Of a DNA stretch of 64,000 bases, positions 10,437 to 24,312 are shown piece by piece. The notes under the pieces were generated by a model. It was not told the DNA's origin. It ran no database searches and saw only the letters and a list, made by a program, of their open reading frames with translations. Positions within the stretch are counted from its first letter, which is position 1. Every line of letters begins with the position of its first letter. Made by a program: the position numbers and the translations under genes. Source of the DNA: Albugo candida (Eukaryota); the NCBI GenBank assembly GCA_040437565.1, contig JBDOQK010000050.1, positions 186,001-250,000 on the forward strand, written 5' to 3'.

Positions 10437-13400
10437 ATGGAACGCATTTGGAATCATCCAGCGTTTCTTGGCGTCTTTGGTGACCCGTACCTGCGTCAAA
10501 CTGTACTGGAAAAAAATGGATGTCCTCTATCCTGTCACCAGTCCATAAATCTTCTCTGTGAGCTTCTTACAGCCGACACAATAGACTCTGCAATCGACCT
10601 GTCTCTAAACACACTTCAGCGAGCATTTGTAATTGATATTCTAATCCCAAAACTAAGGCTCTGCAGCCAATGGATACATAAATCGCTTTCTGTGACAGAT
10701 AGCATCAGTTTCACTCAATTCCTGCGCGAGTGGCAGACGTATTTGCATGAAATACAGCCCGGAAACTCGATTCTAATTCCATCAGGATACAACCAAAAAG
10801 ACCAGCCGAGTCATTTGCTCTTTTTCGTGCTACAATGCGTACAGAAAGATACTTTGGACGACACGTACGACCTCACAATATGCAATAAAGGCCCAGGAGC
10901 TGATCTCTATCATCCAATGCGTATCCAAGCAGACGGCTACTGTGACAAGCTTCGAGTCAAGTCGTCTATAACAATACATAATATCAATGGACACAGAATG
11001 CTCGATCCGACGTTTTGGGCATTGGCGTTCTCGTTGTGGCTTAAAAGACCGGCTTCCGAGTATCATCGCGTCGAGGTTTTGTACGATGTATTACTTCCTT
11101 GGCTTTCAGGCGAGTCGTTGCTTCCAATCGATATCCACGAGTTTGACGAGGCAGCCAGTGATTATCACAGTGTCCAACGAAGCGGTCTTGGCTATTTCAA
11201 AAGCCTCATAGAAGCGATACGGTTCTTATGTCTCACTGCGTCGTACGATAACAAACCGATTTTCCAGCCGAAAGAATTTAAATTCGGATTGCTATTCCGA
11301 CTTTGCGTTCAATTTGGTCGCAAATTATTGGATTCTTTGAACAGTTTGCAATGCACAACGAGAAATATCAGTCAGATTGCGAGTTTGGATGCTTTTCGAC
11401 TGCTGTACGGCCTCACGCTGATGGATTCCCTTCAAAAGAATATCACTTTAACATCGTTTGATGGATCTTCACATCGAATTATCGCCTTATACTTTGCAGA
11501 TTTCGCGTGTAAACGATTGACAAACAATTTGGTTGCACTCAGTGAGAGCTTGAGCGCCAAGAACAAGGAATTCATTGTGGTCGTCGTGTCCTTAGATCCT
11601 GATCCGATCGCGTTCCAGATACTGACAGCCTCTCTGCCGACGGAACGATGGCTCATCATACCATTTTCAGAGACAAATGCTCGTTCAAAGCTCGTGGAAT
11701 TGCTTCAGATTCGAAAAGCACCGTCCCTTTTCTTCCTAAATGAACAAGATCGCAATGTGATAACGTGTCAAGGAACACGAATCCTCGAGAATGATCCCAA
11801 TGGAGAGCATTATCCGTGGCACAACGCAAGCAAAGATCTATCACTGGAGCCAATAACGTCCTCAGAATACGCACTCATTGAAATGGCGATCCGGCAGCTC
11901 GGGAAGAAGGCGGTCGTACACCACAATTCGAAACACCTGAGCTCAAAAGGACTCGAGGAAGTTTATAATCTCATTCAGAGTATCGATAAAGCGGTCAAAG
12001 AGCTTCAGAAACTTCCAATCGAGTCCTCCAAATCTCCCGAGGCAAACGATACGCAAAAGCGAGACACCGCGCTATTCCGACGAGAAATCCCATTCATACA
12101 ATATTCCAACATCGAACTGCTTCCATTCTCAGCAAATATGGACGCGTTTGCTGGTGATACACACACTGGAGGACTTGAGGCCCCACAGAATACGCTCATT
12201 ATACCCAAACACGTCGACTCCATAATGATCGCTATCGGGTCCCTCGTACGATGTCAAAAGCTCTGCAAGCTCTTGATCGAGCGATCTCTCGATACTTCTT
12301 TTTCATCCAAAGTATTCCTCCACCATCAAATCATTCGAACGATCACACAGCTCTTTGTGGAAGCTCTTCCTGTTCCAATTATCGAAAACAAAAGTGTCTC
12401 CAACATTTGGGGAGAGCCGTTATCTCACAAATTACAACTTTGGTGTCTTCGACTGATCTCCGAGCTAACGATTATCTTTGCTTATGCGTGGCAATCCATT
12501 GAGCATCCAACTCGCTCCTTCGATGCCGAGAGATCACTTACAGCGATATGCGGCCTTGCGATCTTTGACGCTGTGATGCGAACGCCAGCACACGATGACC
12601 CAATGGTACTTTCGTTACTACTCAATGGCTCCTTCCATGGAAGCAATTCGATCTTTGTCTTGGCACATACGTTCTCTTCATCGAATCTCTCGATCGCAAA
12701 GACGACACATGCCATGGAGCTTGTACATCCTTCCTTTGCAGTCACACGCGGGCGTGTATTGGCGTACTTTGACGCATTGGATGGCGCAAATGCCGGGTCT
12801 CCAAGCCGTCAACTCTTCACGTATCACATGCACGATGACACCATTGAGATGGACAAGTACTCGTCGACATCACAATGCGTGTATCAATTGGTGGAGCGGT
12901 ACGGGATCTCTCTCATAAACCCCGACGACCCGAATCCACCGAGTGAGATGGAAGCGTTGATGGAATGGTTTTGCTCGTCGACGACTTTATGCCCGGAAGT
13001 CGCACTCACAAGAGACTTTGTACTGCTTTCCAAGTTTCTAATGACAATGGAGTCGCGTGAAACAGAGCTTCTATATCGACGTAAACCGCATTCCATATGG
13101 CAAAATTGGCAGCTGACGCATACGGATGCAAGCGAACACGCAACGCGACAGAGAACGCGAAACTTTGATTCCGTTGTGGCCCATGCGTTCAAGTGGAAAG
13201 TCACAAACATCCGAGGACACGATCAGAATATCGCCGACATTCAGGTGCATTTATTTGGGGATCGAAAAGTGGTCTTTAGCGAAGGGATGTTGCTTCAAAG
13301 TCCTTCGGCGATCGGCGCATTGATGGCGGGTATCTCTTCTAAGAACGGGCTCACAGATGTCACAGAGGACGATATTCTCCACGCGGATGCATTGCCGACG

Positions 13401-16400
13401 TTCGACGGGACTCTTTCTATGGAGGAAGCAGAGTATCTATGGAGCTTTATGACAGTTCCGTACACGCGAATACCTCTCCTTCTCAACTTTTTCGCCTCTG
13501 GAGATCGCGTCATGTATCTGTTCCACCGCACGCTTCAGCGAATGCTTTATTCCGTTCTCTTCGAAGTGGGAAATTGGGTCCATAATGAAGACAAACGTAT
13601 AGAGAGCGTTCCTCTCCGCACATCGCAGGATCATTTGGGCACAAGGAATGGAGCTCTATTGAACGAGCTGCTTCATGCGGCCAACGCTGTGCTGTCGCCT
13701 GTGGAGACCATCTTGAAAGCCTCGATCGATCTTGCGCGATGCTCTGTGTACTCTCCAAGCGCTCCATTTATCTTTTTTGCCATCAAACTGTGTGCTGACA
13801 TCACGCGATACACACATTACGCATTGCGATTCCGTGGCAATAGCAGCGAATTGGAGCATTCGATTGATTTCCTATCGGAATATCTCGCAGCATTTGCATT
13901 GGAAACACTGGAGAAATGGCTCGAGGAGGCAGAAACCGAACAGGATATCTCCACAGCGTGCATCATACATTCGTATCGGACGTTGTGCGTTGCCACTGTA
14001 TACGCTGGAAAGCTCACCGACGAGCGTATCGTTCAGCGCATGGGAGCGATTGTGTACGTTCGGAATTGGCACCGATTTGGCTCTTCTTCCGCTGAGATCA
14101 ATCCATCGACGCAAACGTGTCCATTATCAGCTCAACATCGTCTTCTTCGATGGCTGCAAGCACACGGAATCAATACGGAAAGCATCTCTTCCGAAAGTAT
14201 GGAAACGTATATGAAAGACCGACCTTTGTATCTCAAAATTGGGCTTCAAACCGTTCGAGTTCCCAATTTTCAATCTCTATCGCCACACACGAAACGCTGT
14301 TCGGTTCGCGTGCTTGAAGCCGAAATGGTGGACGTGTTGCATGCACAAAGTCGCGATATTGTCGCGTTTATGGACGCAATGGATGTGCCACGAATGCATA
14401 GTGTTCTCGATAGAATCGTACGGATCGCATTACGTTCATCCGACGCTACGGAATCGTGGTCGTGGCTTCCTGTCGACGTCATGAATTGCCCGGGACGGTA
14501 TCGCTGTGAGCGTACGAACCTCCAACTCGATCTTCAGACTGGAGAAATGCTCTGGCGACACGATGCATTACGACCCGTGCCGGATGGAATGACACAACAC
14601 GAAGAGTATAAGCAGATTTTCGGCGATCGATCGCTTCATTGTGGCGTTGTCTCTCGTCAGGAGCATCGCTATTGGGTCAGTATCGTTGGAACACCATACG
14701 AGCTCTTGGAATGGGATGCACCGAGCGATGAACAAGGTCTTGAAGCTCCGATTCCGTGTCAGTGTCGAGCCACAAACGACAGCCACCTTCCAATGTATTG
14801 GGAATGCAGCGCTTGCACGTGTTCCAATTACAACGGCGATCAAGTGAGCGCTACTTGTCAGGTCTGCGGCAATCCACGCGTCTGTCAAAGTCCGAGACAA
14901 CCGGAAGACTTGGGCTTTTACTACCAGAGCCAAAAGTACTCGCGTGCGTTTGATCCGTTCAGCGATTCGATGGAGGCGCATGAGCAATGGATCGGTCAGT
15001 TCTTACGTAAAACGAAAGAGATCGTGTACCCGGAAGAGAAGGAAGGCTTCCCATTCACACTGTTCCTTCCAATAAATCCAATAGACCCAAATTGCAACGT
15101 CGTTCATCTGCTCGCATTCGACCAACAAACAGCTTTGGAGACGTTACCGACGTACAAACAAGTCATTTTGTATCGCGTCTTTGGTCTCGTTCACATATTC
15201 GCTTTGATATCGCACGGTCGACGCGTGTACCGACAACAGATATTCACTTTAAACACACGCATTTCGTTGCATGAATTTGAGATCGAAACGGATGCAATTG
15301 GGAGCGCTATCCATTCCTCTCCGACTTTACAAGCGCGTACGTGTCAGCCTGCAGGAAGCAGTTTGGTCATTCGGCGATACAACGAGACACTGCGAGGTAG
15401 CGAGGAATTCGTTCCCTGTCGTTTACTGCAGGGAATCATACCAACTGTATTGCTGGAAGCGTTCACATTTTGGCTCGGCGATGACAACATACTTCGTGGA
15501 GATCCATTGACCACCGACTCGCAATGGTTTCGGTATCGTATCGAAATGAATTGTGATCGAAAAGTACTCATTCGAAAGCCTATTTCGTCGTCTTTTTCAA
15601 TGATAGCGACAGGAACACCAACACTTCCGTCGTTGCCTTTCCAATCGCATTGTGACGCGAACACTGACGACAATGTGGTGGAATTGATGGCGATGGGCTT
15701 TTCCAACGCTGCGTGTCGTCTCGCATTGAAAGAGACTGGGAACAAGCTTGACGATGCGGCTGAATGGCTATGGAATGATGAGAATCGAGATCGAATACGG
15801 GATGCCAAAGAGAACGATGAGATGTGTGTGGAGAATGAATCCAAAGCTTTACTTTTGAGTTTGGGATTCTCAAAGTGTGCTGTGGAGCACGCACTTTATC
15901 TCTTCGATCACGACACTGCTTTAGCGACAGCGTGGCTCTCGCATCCCGAGAACAAAGCAGAGATCGAACGCGTCGAGCACAGAGTTTCACCGGCAACGGA
16001 GAGGACGGAAATGACACCGGAAAGCGTGTTTTCCGATACGAACGTCGCCAACGACTCCAACGACGAACTCTATTTACTGAACCCATTGAACGTTCCCAAT
16101 GATTCCACCGATTTGCTACGTCTGATTTCGCTGATAACGCGCTTGGAGAATCTCTCCCATGTTCTCATTTGGTGTTTGGAAAGTCACATCGAATGCATCG
16201 AATTCCCGCGACTCCAATTAACGCTTTTCCCACAAATTGTAAAGACATTTGATGACAATTTGTATGTGAAATTGTTTTTGAACGAGCAAAACGAATGGTT
16301 TGTAAGCAGCAAATCCTTTGACGTTTGCATCGATACGATGTGTCCACAGCCTTTACAGCGAATTCCAACGCATTTCAAAGACAATCAGAAGCTTTTCGAA

Positions 16401-19400
16401 TGGGCACAAATCCTTCCCGAAGCGATTTTCATCGAGTCTTTCTCACACGATCTCCAATTACTGTGTCCGAATTACGACGTCTATCGTCCTGTGGTAAGAA
16501 ACGAAGCCTTCTCAGTCGCTGTGGCATCGAATCGAAGCTCGAAAGGATGGATGCACGCTATGGAAACGCGATATTATCTCTACGACATCCATTCCAGCAA
16601 CACATTCCTCCTCCCGTCTTCATCGAGCGCGTCATTGTACGTCTTGTTACTGGCGATATTGACTCGACAATACACCAAAGCCATGCAAATGATCCCAACC
16701 TGTACGATCGACACCACAATGACACCCGAAGAAGTATGGATTCTGAAGCAATTCCGTCAATCTGTCGACGATCGAGCTCCTGATGCCTGTGCGTGTCGAC
16801 TCCAATTGACGCTTGCAATCGGCGATACGAATCAAAGCGTTCCGTGGGATGTTTCTGAAGAATTATACGATTACATTGTCACCCAAAAGCACGTCAGCGC
16901 GCTATGTCGTCTGTCGGTACGCGACGAAGTCGAACTCTTTTCAATGGCAACGGAACGCATGGGAAAATATCAGCTTTTTCACGCTCGGGAAGCGTATTGC
17001 CACTTGCACAGTGGAAATAGCGTTCCACGTGTGTCGTACAATCCATTTCTTCGCGTTGGAGGCATCGCATGGCTTCAAATGCGAGCGTATACGAAAGCGT
17101 ATCTCCATACAAACGGAAAACGACTTTCAATGGTGCGATACGTTCGACCAAATGCCGAGCCTTTAGCGCTTCTTTGGGACACCAAATGGATGCGTGATGA
17201 CGTTTGTGGAAGTACCAGCAGCTTGGGGTTTTTGTATTTGTATGAGATTCTCTGTGGCGCGCTACCGACTGAAATGTCGCGAGAACACGCGATATCGTTT
17301 GTGGAATTGATGACGCGAACGATGCATTTGAAAATGTCGCGTTGGGGTCGTTGTACGGATCTCCATGGAAAGCACGCGTCGTTGGCGATATCTCTGCTTG
17401 CAATGATGCTTCCGGATCGATCTCACGTCGATTCTCGATCGATTGTATGGCCTCAGCTGTCCATCGACGAGGAAACGAGTCGATTGCTAATGACAGGCGT
17501 GCAGGTGTATGCGGACGCTGCGGACAAGTCTGTTGTCAGAGCGTTTTTCGACAATTTGCATACGACAATGGAAATGGTGTTGTTGTCGGAATCGCATACT
17601 CGCACTCGCACTCGCATTGAAAGTCTTATCGCACGTCTGACGACATCTCATTCCGTCCATTTGAAAGACTGTCCGACGCCTTTATTGGAATTTCGAGCGA
17701 GTGACACACTTTGTGATTCTCTGACTTTCAAAGCCAAAGACGTGGATCCCGTGCATCCATTCAAACATGTTTTCAACGTTTTCGAGTTTGTGGAATTCGC
17801 GGAGGAACACAACAAAGTCTTTGAGAAGCTTCCATTTGATCTTTCACAGCATCCCGTCGCGAAAAGCCCAACAGCGAAAGATCTCCTCGCACGTTTGGAA
17901 GAAGATATCGCCAACCACGCAGCCAAAATGCTCCATCGCCAGCAAGCGTACGTGATCGGTCTCACTCCACACGCTTTATCGACTATTGACATTCTGCCAA
18001 CGTGTCGGAACGCATGTATTCGCCTCGAAACGCTCTGTGGAAAATGCGTTGAGATGGAAGCACAGGATCGAATCCAAGTGACCGATAGGATCGTCGAGTT
18101 GGAGAAGATGGCCAACAGTGTGCTTCCAATCGAAAATGACGTCACGATCGAGCAGTATCGACGCTACGTTCTCGAGAAACGAAGCGGAAGGTATCCATTT
18201 GTGACATTTGATTTCCTCATTTCACTTTTAATGGCTCGTGACGCGTCTTTGGATCTCTTTAAACGGAATCGATTCTCTCCATTTCAAACAGAGAAAGCAA
18301 TGCAACGCTTACGGAATCAATTGATCGACATTTGTCTTCTTTGTGGTCGAATCATTCAATCGCGAGCGATCTTCCGAGCTGTGCATTCTGCAAAGACTTT
18401 ACTCGAATCCGTTGCATTGTCTCCATCTTCCGACACGCGCGAGCAACTCCTTCAAAGTTCCAAGCATTTGGCTGCATTACTGACATCCACACGTTCGTAT
18501 TTCAGCGTTCAGAAGCGTGGAAATTGGCATTTTGATCCGAGATTTCTGGTGTTTGAATTTGTGTTTGATCTCACACTTCGAAGACGACAAGTCGAAATGA
18601 TACAAAGCTTTCTCGCCAGCGTGAATTCCAATCAATCGCGTGTCCAGCAGATGATTATGGGTGCCGGTAAAACGACTGTGGTGGGTCCATTGCTGACGCT
18701 CATGCTCGCTTCCAAAGAACAGCTCGTCATGCACGTCATGCCGACCGCGTTATTGGAGCAAACACGTCGCGTGCTGAGGAATCGCTTCAGCACAATTGTC
18801 TTTGGGAAACGTATTCTGACATTGAATTTCGATCGAAATGAAGCGCAAGACGCAGTGGGTATCACGCGAATATATCGCAAGTTGATTCACGCTCAACGCG
18901 ACACGGACGTCGTGTGTGCTTGTCCCGAGACGATCAAGTCATTGATTCTCAAGTTTATCGAGCTCTTGCATTCCGTCGAAGAAGCCACGACGTCCAATGA
19001 CGAAAATGTATGCTTTCAATCGAAACGCTTTAGAAAAGTGCTTGAGAATCGATCGGAAATGGCCGATAGTTTGCATCCAATTTTACATTTATGGAAATCG
19101 ACTGTGCTGATTATGGACGAAGTCGATGTGCTCCTTCATCCATTACGTTCCGAGCTGAATTTCCCGCTTGGAGATAAACATTCGATCGATTTGGCTCCAA
19201 TTCGATGGGAATTTCCAATATTTCTGTTGGATTGTGTCGTTGGGCCTTTGAAAGCGACGACGTACGGGTCGGAATTCCAGCGAGCGCTCACGCGGCTGAA
19301 GAAGGTCATCGAGGATGGATATGAATCCCACGCATTACAGCGGTTCCCGCATTTGATTCTGTTGGATACTGCTTTCTACACAATTAAAATGGCTCCAATT

Positions 19401-22400
19401 TTGGCGGAATTAACAGTTCAATGGATCTCCACACACATTTCAATCGCTCCATCGACGTGTCTCCGTCTTTGCACGTACCTCCACGCGCCTCCACCAGCCG
19501 TCTTTGACGTTGATTTCTCGACATATTCGTTCCAATTAGTGAATCTCGCACGCGAATGGATTGTTACTTTCCTTCCGCATGTGCTCTCGAAAATCAATCG
19601 CGTTTCGTACGGCTTACTGGACAATGAATGCCCAAGCAACAACAAGTCGACAGGTTCCCGTGGTCTCCTCGCAGTCCCATTCATCGGGAAAGACGTTCCA
19701 AGCCGTTCTTCTGAATTCGCGCATCCCGATATTCTCATTGGAATGACCGTCTTAGCGTATCGATACGAAGGGCTTCGAATGTCCGATTTCAGTCGAGTTA
19801 TCTCTCAGCTGCAACACGACTTTAGTCGACAAATTGGACCGCGTAGCCAACGTCCTGCATCCAAAACATTCCAGACTTGGATCCATATCGCTCAATCTCA
19901 AATGACTTTTCAAAGTGTTTCGATACTTCCGCTTTCACTCATTCAAATGGACGATTCTGCTCAGCAAATGCAATTGTTCTCACTGATGGCAACGCTCGTT
20001 CCAGTGATCCATTACTATCTCTGTCAGCACGTATTTCCCACTTGCATTCGCTTCCAAAAACTTCAGATCTCAGCATCGGGTTTCGATTTAGGGAGTTCGT
20101 TCCTCTTTGGAAAGCGTATCGGTTTCTCGGGGACGCCATCCAATGTGCTTCCAATGGATTTAAACGCATGTCGATACGAGCCATTAAGTGATGGAGGAAT
20201 CTTTCACGCACTCACGGACCCGAAAATCGTCACAATCGAACGGAAATGGAATTGGAATGCGACGACTTTATTGCTTGACATTGCACGAGCAAAGCCTCCG
20301 TTCCACGCGCTCATTGACACTGGCGCATTGATCACTGGATACGATAATGCACAAGTAGCCGAATTCCTTCTCGCTCACCTTCCGATAGAGATGGAAGGCG
20401 TCGTGTTTCTGGACCGAGACGATCGTCCAATGATACTGTTACGCGACCATACGACTCCATTGGCGTTGTCTCAATGTGATGTGAATGCCTCTAAACGCTT
20501 CACATTTTACGATCAAGTGCATACGACAGGAATGGATATCCGTCAATGTGTGAATGCACGGGCTGTTTTGACGCTGGGGAAGGATACGACATTCCGGGAT
20601 TTCGCACAGGGAGCGTATCGAATGCGTGGAATCACAATCGGTCAATCGATCCATTTGTACTTGATCCCTGAGGTCGAATGTCGTATCCATTTGGAGAATG
20701 AGAATATATCGAAAGAGATCGATTCGCTTTGTCGGATTGCAGCGTGGCTTTTGATCAATTCGATGCGTACGGAATCGATGCAATTTGTGCAATTATCCAT
20801 CCAGGAGCTTCACACTATCTGGAGGAAACGAGCGTTGCGTGCTTTGATGGAAGAGATCGAGACAGCAACTGCCGATGGCGTATCGAATGCCAAGAAACGC
20901 GTAAAGCGCTTTCTCCAACCGCCAGAATTCGATACGATCAAAGATGTAAATGAGAACGCCTCCGAGCGTCAGACGAATTGGCTTGGTACGTGCATTCAGC
21001 AATTCCGTCAGGAGATTTCGTACAGCATCGATGAATGTCTTCCCGACCGAAAAAGCTTTCTCGATACGATTGAAAAGCTCATTGTAAAACATGAGCAATT
21101 TCTGACGGAAAAAGAGGATTGGGAACGTGTCCGAGCCATTGAAAAGCGATTCCACACTGTTGGCGTACATGAGATCGATGTCGTAAGCGGATTCGAACAC
21201 GAGTACGCACAATTGAATGCTCAAGTCGTCCACGAAAATGAGATCGAGACAGAGGAACAAGCCGAGCATCAAGTCGAGCAAGAAGAGCAGAAAATGAGTG
21301 CGTTCGCACGCGATGAAGAGCATCCAATCTGTTGGGCTGTGGATGTCTTACGTCGCTCTCCAAAAACGTTTGAGGCGAACACGCCGTTCTATCGATTATC
21401 GTCTTTCCAAATGCATTCTCAATGTCCAAAAATCCATTTTCCATTGAATTTATACCTTTCCAACAATTTCCATCGATTTCATTGGGTCGGAATTGGCGAA
21501 CGTCGTCTGAGGAATTGCAGTCTTCTTTTGGAATGGTCTCCTTCTGTCATCCACGACACATACAAAGCGGCTGTCGACTACTATTTCCATCAACGGGAGC
21601 TCTATCACAAGGAGGATCCCGGGCTTCTTGCAGTCCAATCGCTTCAGAAAGCAGAAGCGCTTTTCCAAAGGCCGCAGATGCTTCCTTCCGAATTGCTTGA
21701 GCAATGGGAACGTCTTTGGTCACAATTGCCGATTTACGTGCTCATTGTATCGCTGGCGGAAGGAGAGACACTCCGACGGATTCTGCATCAGCGTCATTCA
21801 ATTACCAGGTGGAGCTTTCTTCGGGTTTGTATGGTGGATGGAACAATGATCGACGATGATCCTCCGGGCCTTTGGTGGGTCGGGCTCTTTAGAAGCAAAC
21901 AGATGGATTTACAGGAAAATACAAAGATGATACAATGTGCCCGGTACTTTAACAATGAGATGTATTATTCGAGCGACGAATTGGAGGTTCTTTTGAAAGC
22001 ATTGGACACGGATTCCGTTCAGAATCGGCAAAAGTTCTTTGAGGAATGCATGGGCTGTCGGCGTCGCGAGCGTCATTTGTATGGTGATACGCCATTGGCT
22101 AAAATATTTACCTCTACGNNNNNNNNNNNNNNNNNNNNNNNNNNNNNNNNNNNNNNNNNNNNNNNNNNNNNNNNNNNNNNNNNNNNNNNNNNNNNNNNNN
22201 NNNNNNNNNNNNNNNNNNACGCCATTGGCTAAAATATTTACCTCTACGAATGAATGGCACCTTATAAATGATCGAGCTCGATTTCAGCGATTCCAACGAG
22301 CGCTGTGTGAGAAAGAAGCATTATTGAGTAATGCAGCGTCAGATAGCCCCATTCCGATCCGTCCGGGGAGGTATTTAGTGTCCGCTTTGCGTCAATATGA

Positions 22401-22914
22401 TGTGAAGAATGATGGAAGTATAAGTATGGAGTCACTTTTAGCTTGTTTCCAGCAATTTCGACTTGGGTATTCGCCTTTGGAACTTGATGAACTCGTTCAA
22501 TTTATCAAAACATCTATCGGAAAGACTGAATTTTATTTGAAAGATATTTGTCGTCTTTTTGAAATTTCCGTCGACGAATGCGAACTTATCGACCGAGAAA
22601 ATGAAACGTTACGACAAAGTGCGTTTGACACGACTCCGAATGAAAATCGCGAGTTCAATCAGCCTCAAGAAAGCGATCCGATCGAATTAGAGCGCTTATC
22701 AACGTGGCAATGTAGCAATTGCACGTGCTACAATCTTAGCGAAGACCAATACTGTGATGTTTGCCAGTTTGATCAGCAGGGTCGACGGAGAGTTCCCACT
22801 GGAGAGTGGATTTGCGCTGGTGAAAATGGTGGATGCACCTTTTTCAACTCTATGAGTCATTTTTACTGCCAAGTCTGTCATCGAGCTCGACCGGACTTGA
22901 GCTCTCAGTTCTGA
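10437..22914 (+). CDS. Giant intronless DUF3638/DUF3645 SF2-helicase-like protein with thioredoxin-like, UBA, RanBP2 zinc-finger and EF-hand-like domains (~4115 aa)
   Basis: The two ORFs join once the gap and 30-bp duplication at 22119-22248 are removed. QMIMGAGKTT, IMDEVD, LAVPFIGKDVPSRSSEFAHPD, GFSGT, LIDTGA, FYDQVHTTGMDI, QGAYRMR; LMAMGFS and LLSLGFS UBA motifs; three W-x-C-x2-C-type fingers. Confidence 0.85.
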
Positions 22915-23007
22915 TTTTTATATCATATGGTATTATAGTATTAACATAACGAGTGTATCATGATACCTGAACGTTATATGGATTTAAACATGATAAGTTA
23001 AAATTGA

Positions 23008-24312
23008 ATGGCGATGGAAATTGCGATTCCGTTGGCTTTGTCGGTGCCTTCACGCGAGTTTGTGGCCGCTACCAAAGACACTGATGGGATACAACTTGTC
23101 AATGGATTAGGTGGATATACCTGTCACAGCAAGAAAGTGTTTGCTGCTGGTCGGGCGTTCCATCGTTTTGTAAAAAACGCCAAACGTGGACGATCAATGA
23201 GTTGTGAGAGTTTGGATAAGAATCAGCATGCAAAAAACGAACTTCGACGCGAAGAAGAGAAAATATTGAAAAAGTATCGTAAATCCATCCGTAATAAAAA
23301 CTTTCTGGAACTCACAATGTATGAGCAATTGGGTCTTGGTGATATTGGGTTTGATGCGACTGAAGAAGACATCAAGAAAGCGTATCATCGCGTTCTCATT
23401 GAGCATCATCCAGACAAAACGGGAAAAACAGAAAACGATCCTAATTATCTGGCGGTGCAAACTGCATACACCACTTTAATGGACCCTGCAAAAAAACGAT
23501 CATATGATTCGCTGTGTGAATTTGACGAATGGATTCCATTGGGCACGGAGAAAATCGTACAGAATGAGAGTGATGGTAATGGAAAAGATTATTATGCGCT
23601 TTATGGATCCGTTTTTACGCAAAACGCGCGTTTTTCAAAAACGCAACCGGTTCCGTCATTAGGAGACGATAGTACCGAACTTGAAGATGTTTATGCGTTC
23701 TATGATTTCTGGCTGAAGTTTGATTCTTGGCGAGAATTCACGCATGATGCTGAACACGACGTTGAAAGTGCTGAACATCGTGATCATAAGCGTTGGATGG
23801 CCAAGAAAAATGACGTGGTTGCTAAAAAGAAGAAGAAGAAAGAATACGCACGTCTTGCGACTTTGGTCGATCGTGCTATGGCTAACGATCCTCGCATTCG
23901 GCGCGCAAAACGAGCGGAAAAGGATAAAAAACTTGCAGAAAAACGTCGAAAAGAATTGGAAGAACAACGAGTTATCGACGAGAAAAAACAAGCGGAAGAT
24001 GAAGCCCTTCGAATTGCTCGTGAAGCAGAGGAAAAAGAGAAAGAATCACGCAAAAACGCGAAAATGAACAAGGAAAAACAGAAAAAACTGATTCGAAAAG
24101 TGAAAAAAACGTTTAGAGAACTTATGACTGGGGCACAAGAACGCGAATTGGAATCTGCGATTGATTGTGTTCAAACAGAACATCTTTGTGACACCCTTGA
24201 GATGGAAGAGTTACAGCAACTCGTTAACGCTCTCGGAGGCTCAGTCGATACGTTGGACGCATCCGCTTTACCGCAAGTCACTGCCGCTTTGGATCGGGTC
24301 GGTCGAGCGTGA
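23008..24312 (+). CDS. DNAJC2: Zuotin/DNAJC2-family ribosome-associated J-domain chaperone
   Basis: J domain with HHPDK, zuotin homology region FYDFWLKFDSWREF, LVDRAMANDPRI and a charged coiled coil; no C-terminal SANT domains seen. Confidence 0.9.
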   Translation: MAMEIAIPLALSVPSREFVAATKDTDGIQLVNGLGGYTCHSKKVFAAGRAFHRFVKNAKRGRSMSCESLDKNQHAKNELRREEEKILKKYRKSIRNKNFLELTMYEQLGLGDIGFDATEEDIKKAYHRVLIEHHPDKTGKTENDPNYLAVQTAYTTLMDPAKKRSYDSLCEFDEWIPLGTEKIVQNESDGNGKDYYALYGSVFTQNARFSKTQPVPSLGDDSTELEDVYAFYDFWLKFDSWREFTHDAEHDVESAEHRDHKRWMAKKNDVVAKKKKKKEYARLATLVDRAMANDPRIRRAKRAEKDKKLAEKRRKELEEQRVIDEKKQAEDEALRIAREAEEKEKESRKNAKMNKEKQKKLIRKVKKTFRELMTGAQERELESAIDCVQTEHLCDTLEMEELQQLVNALGGSVDTLDASALPQVTAALDRVGRA

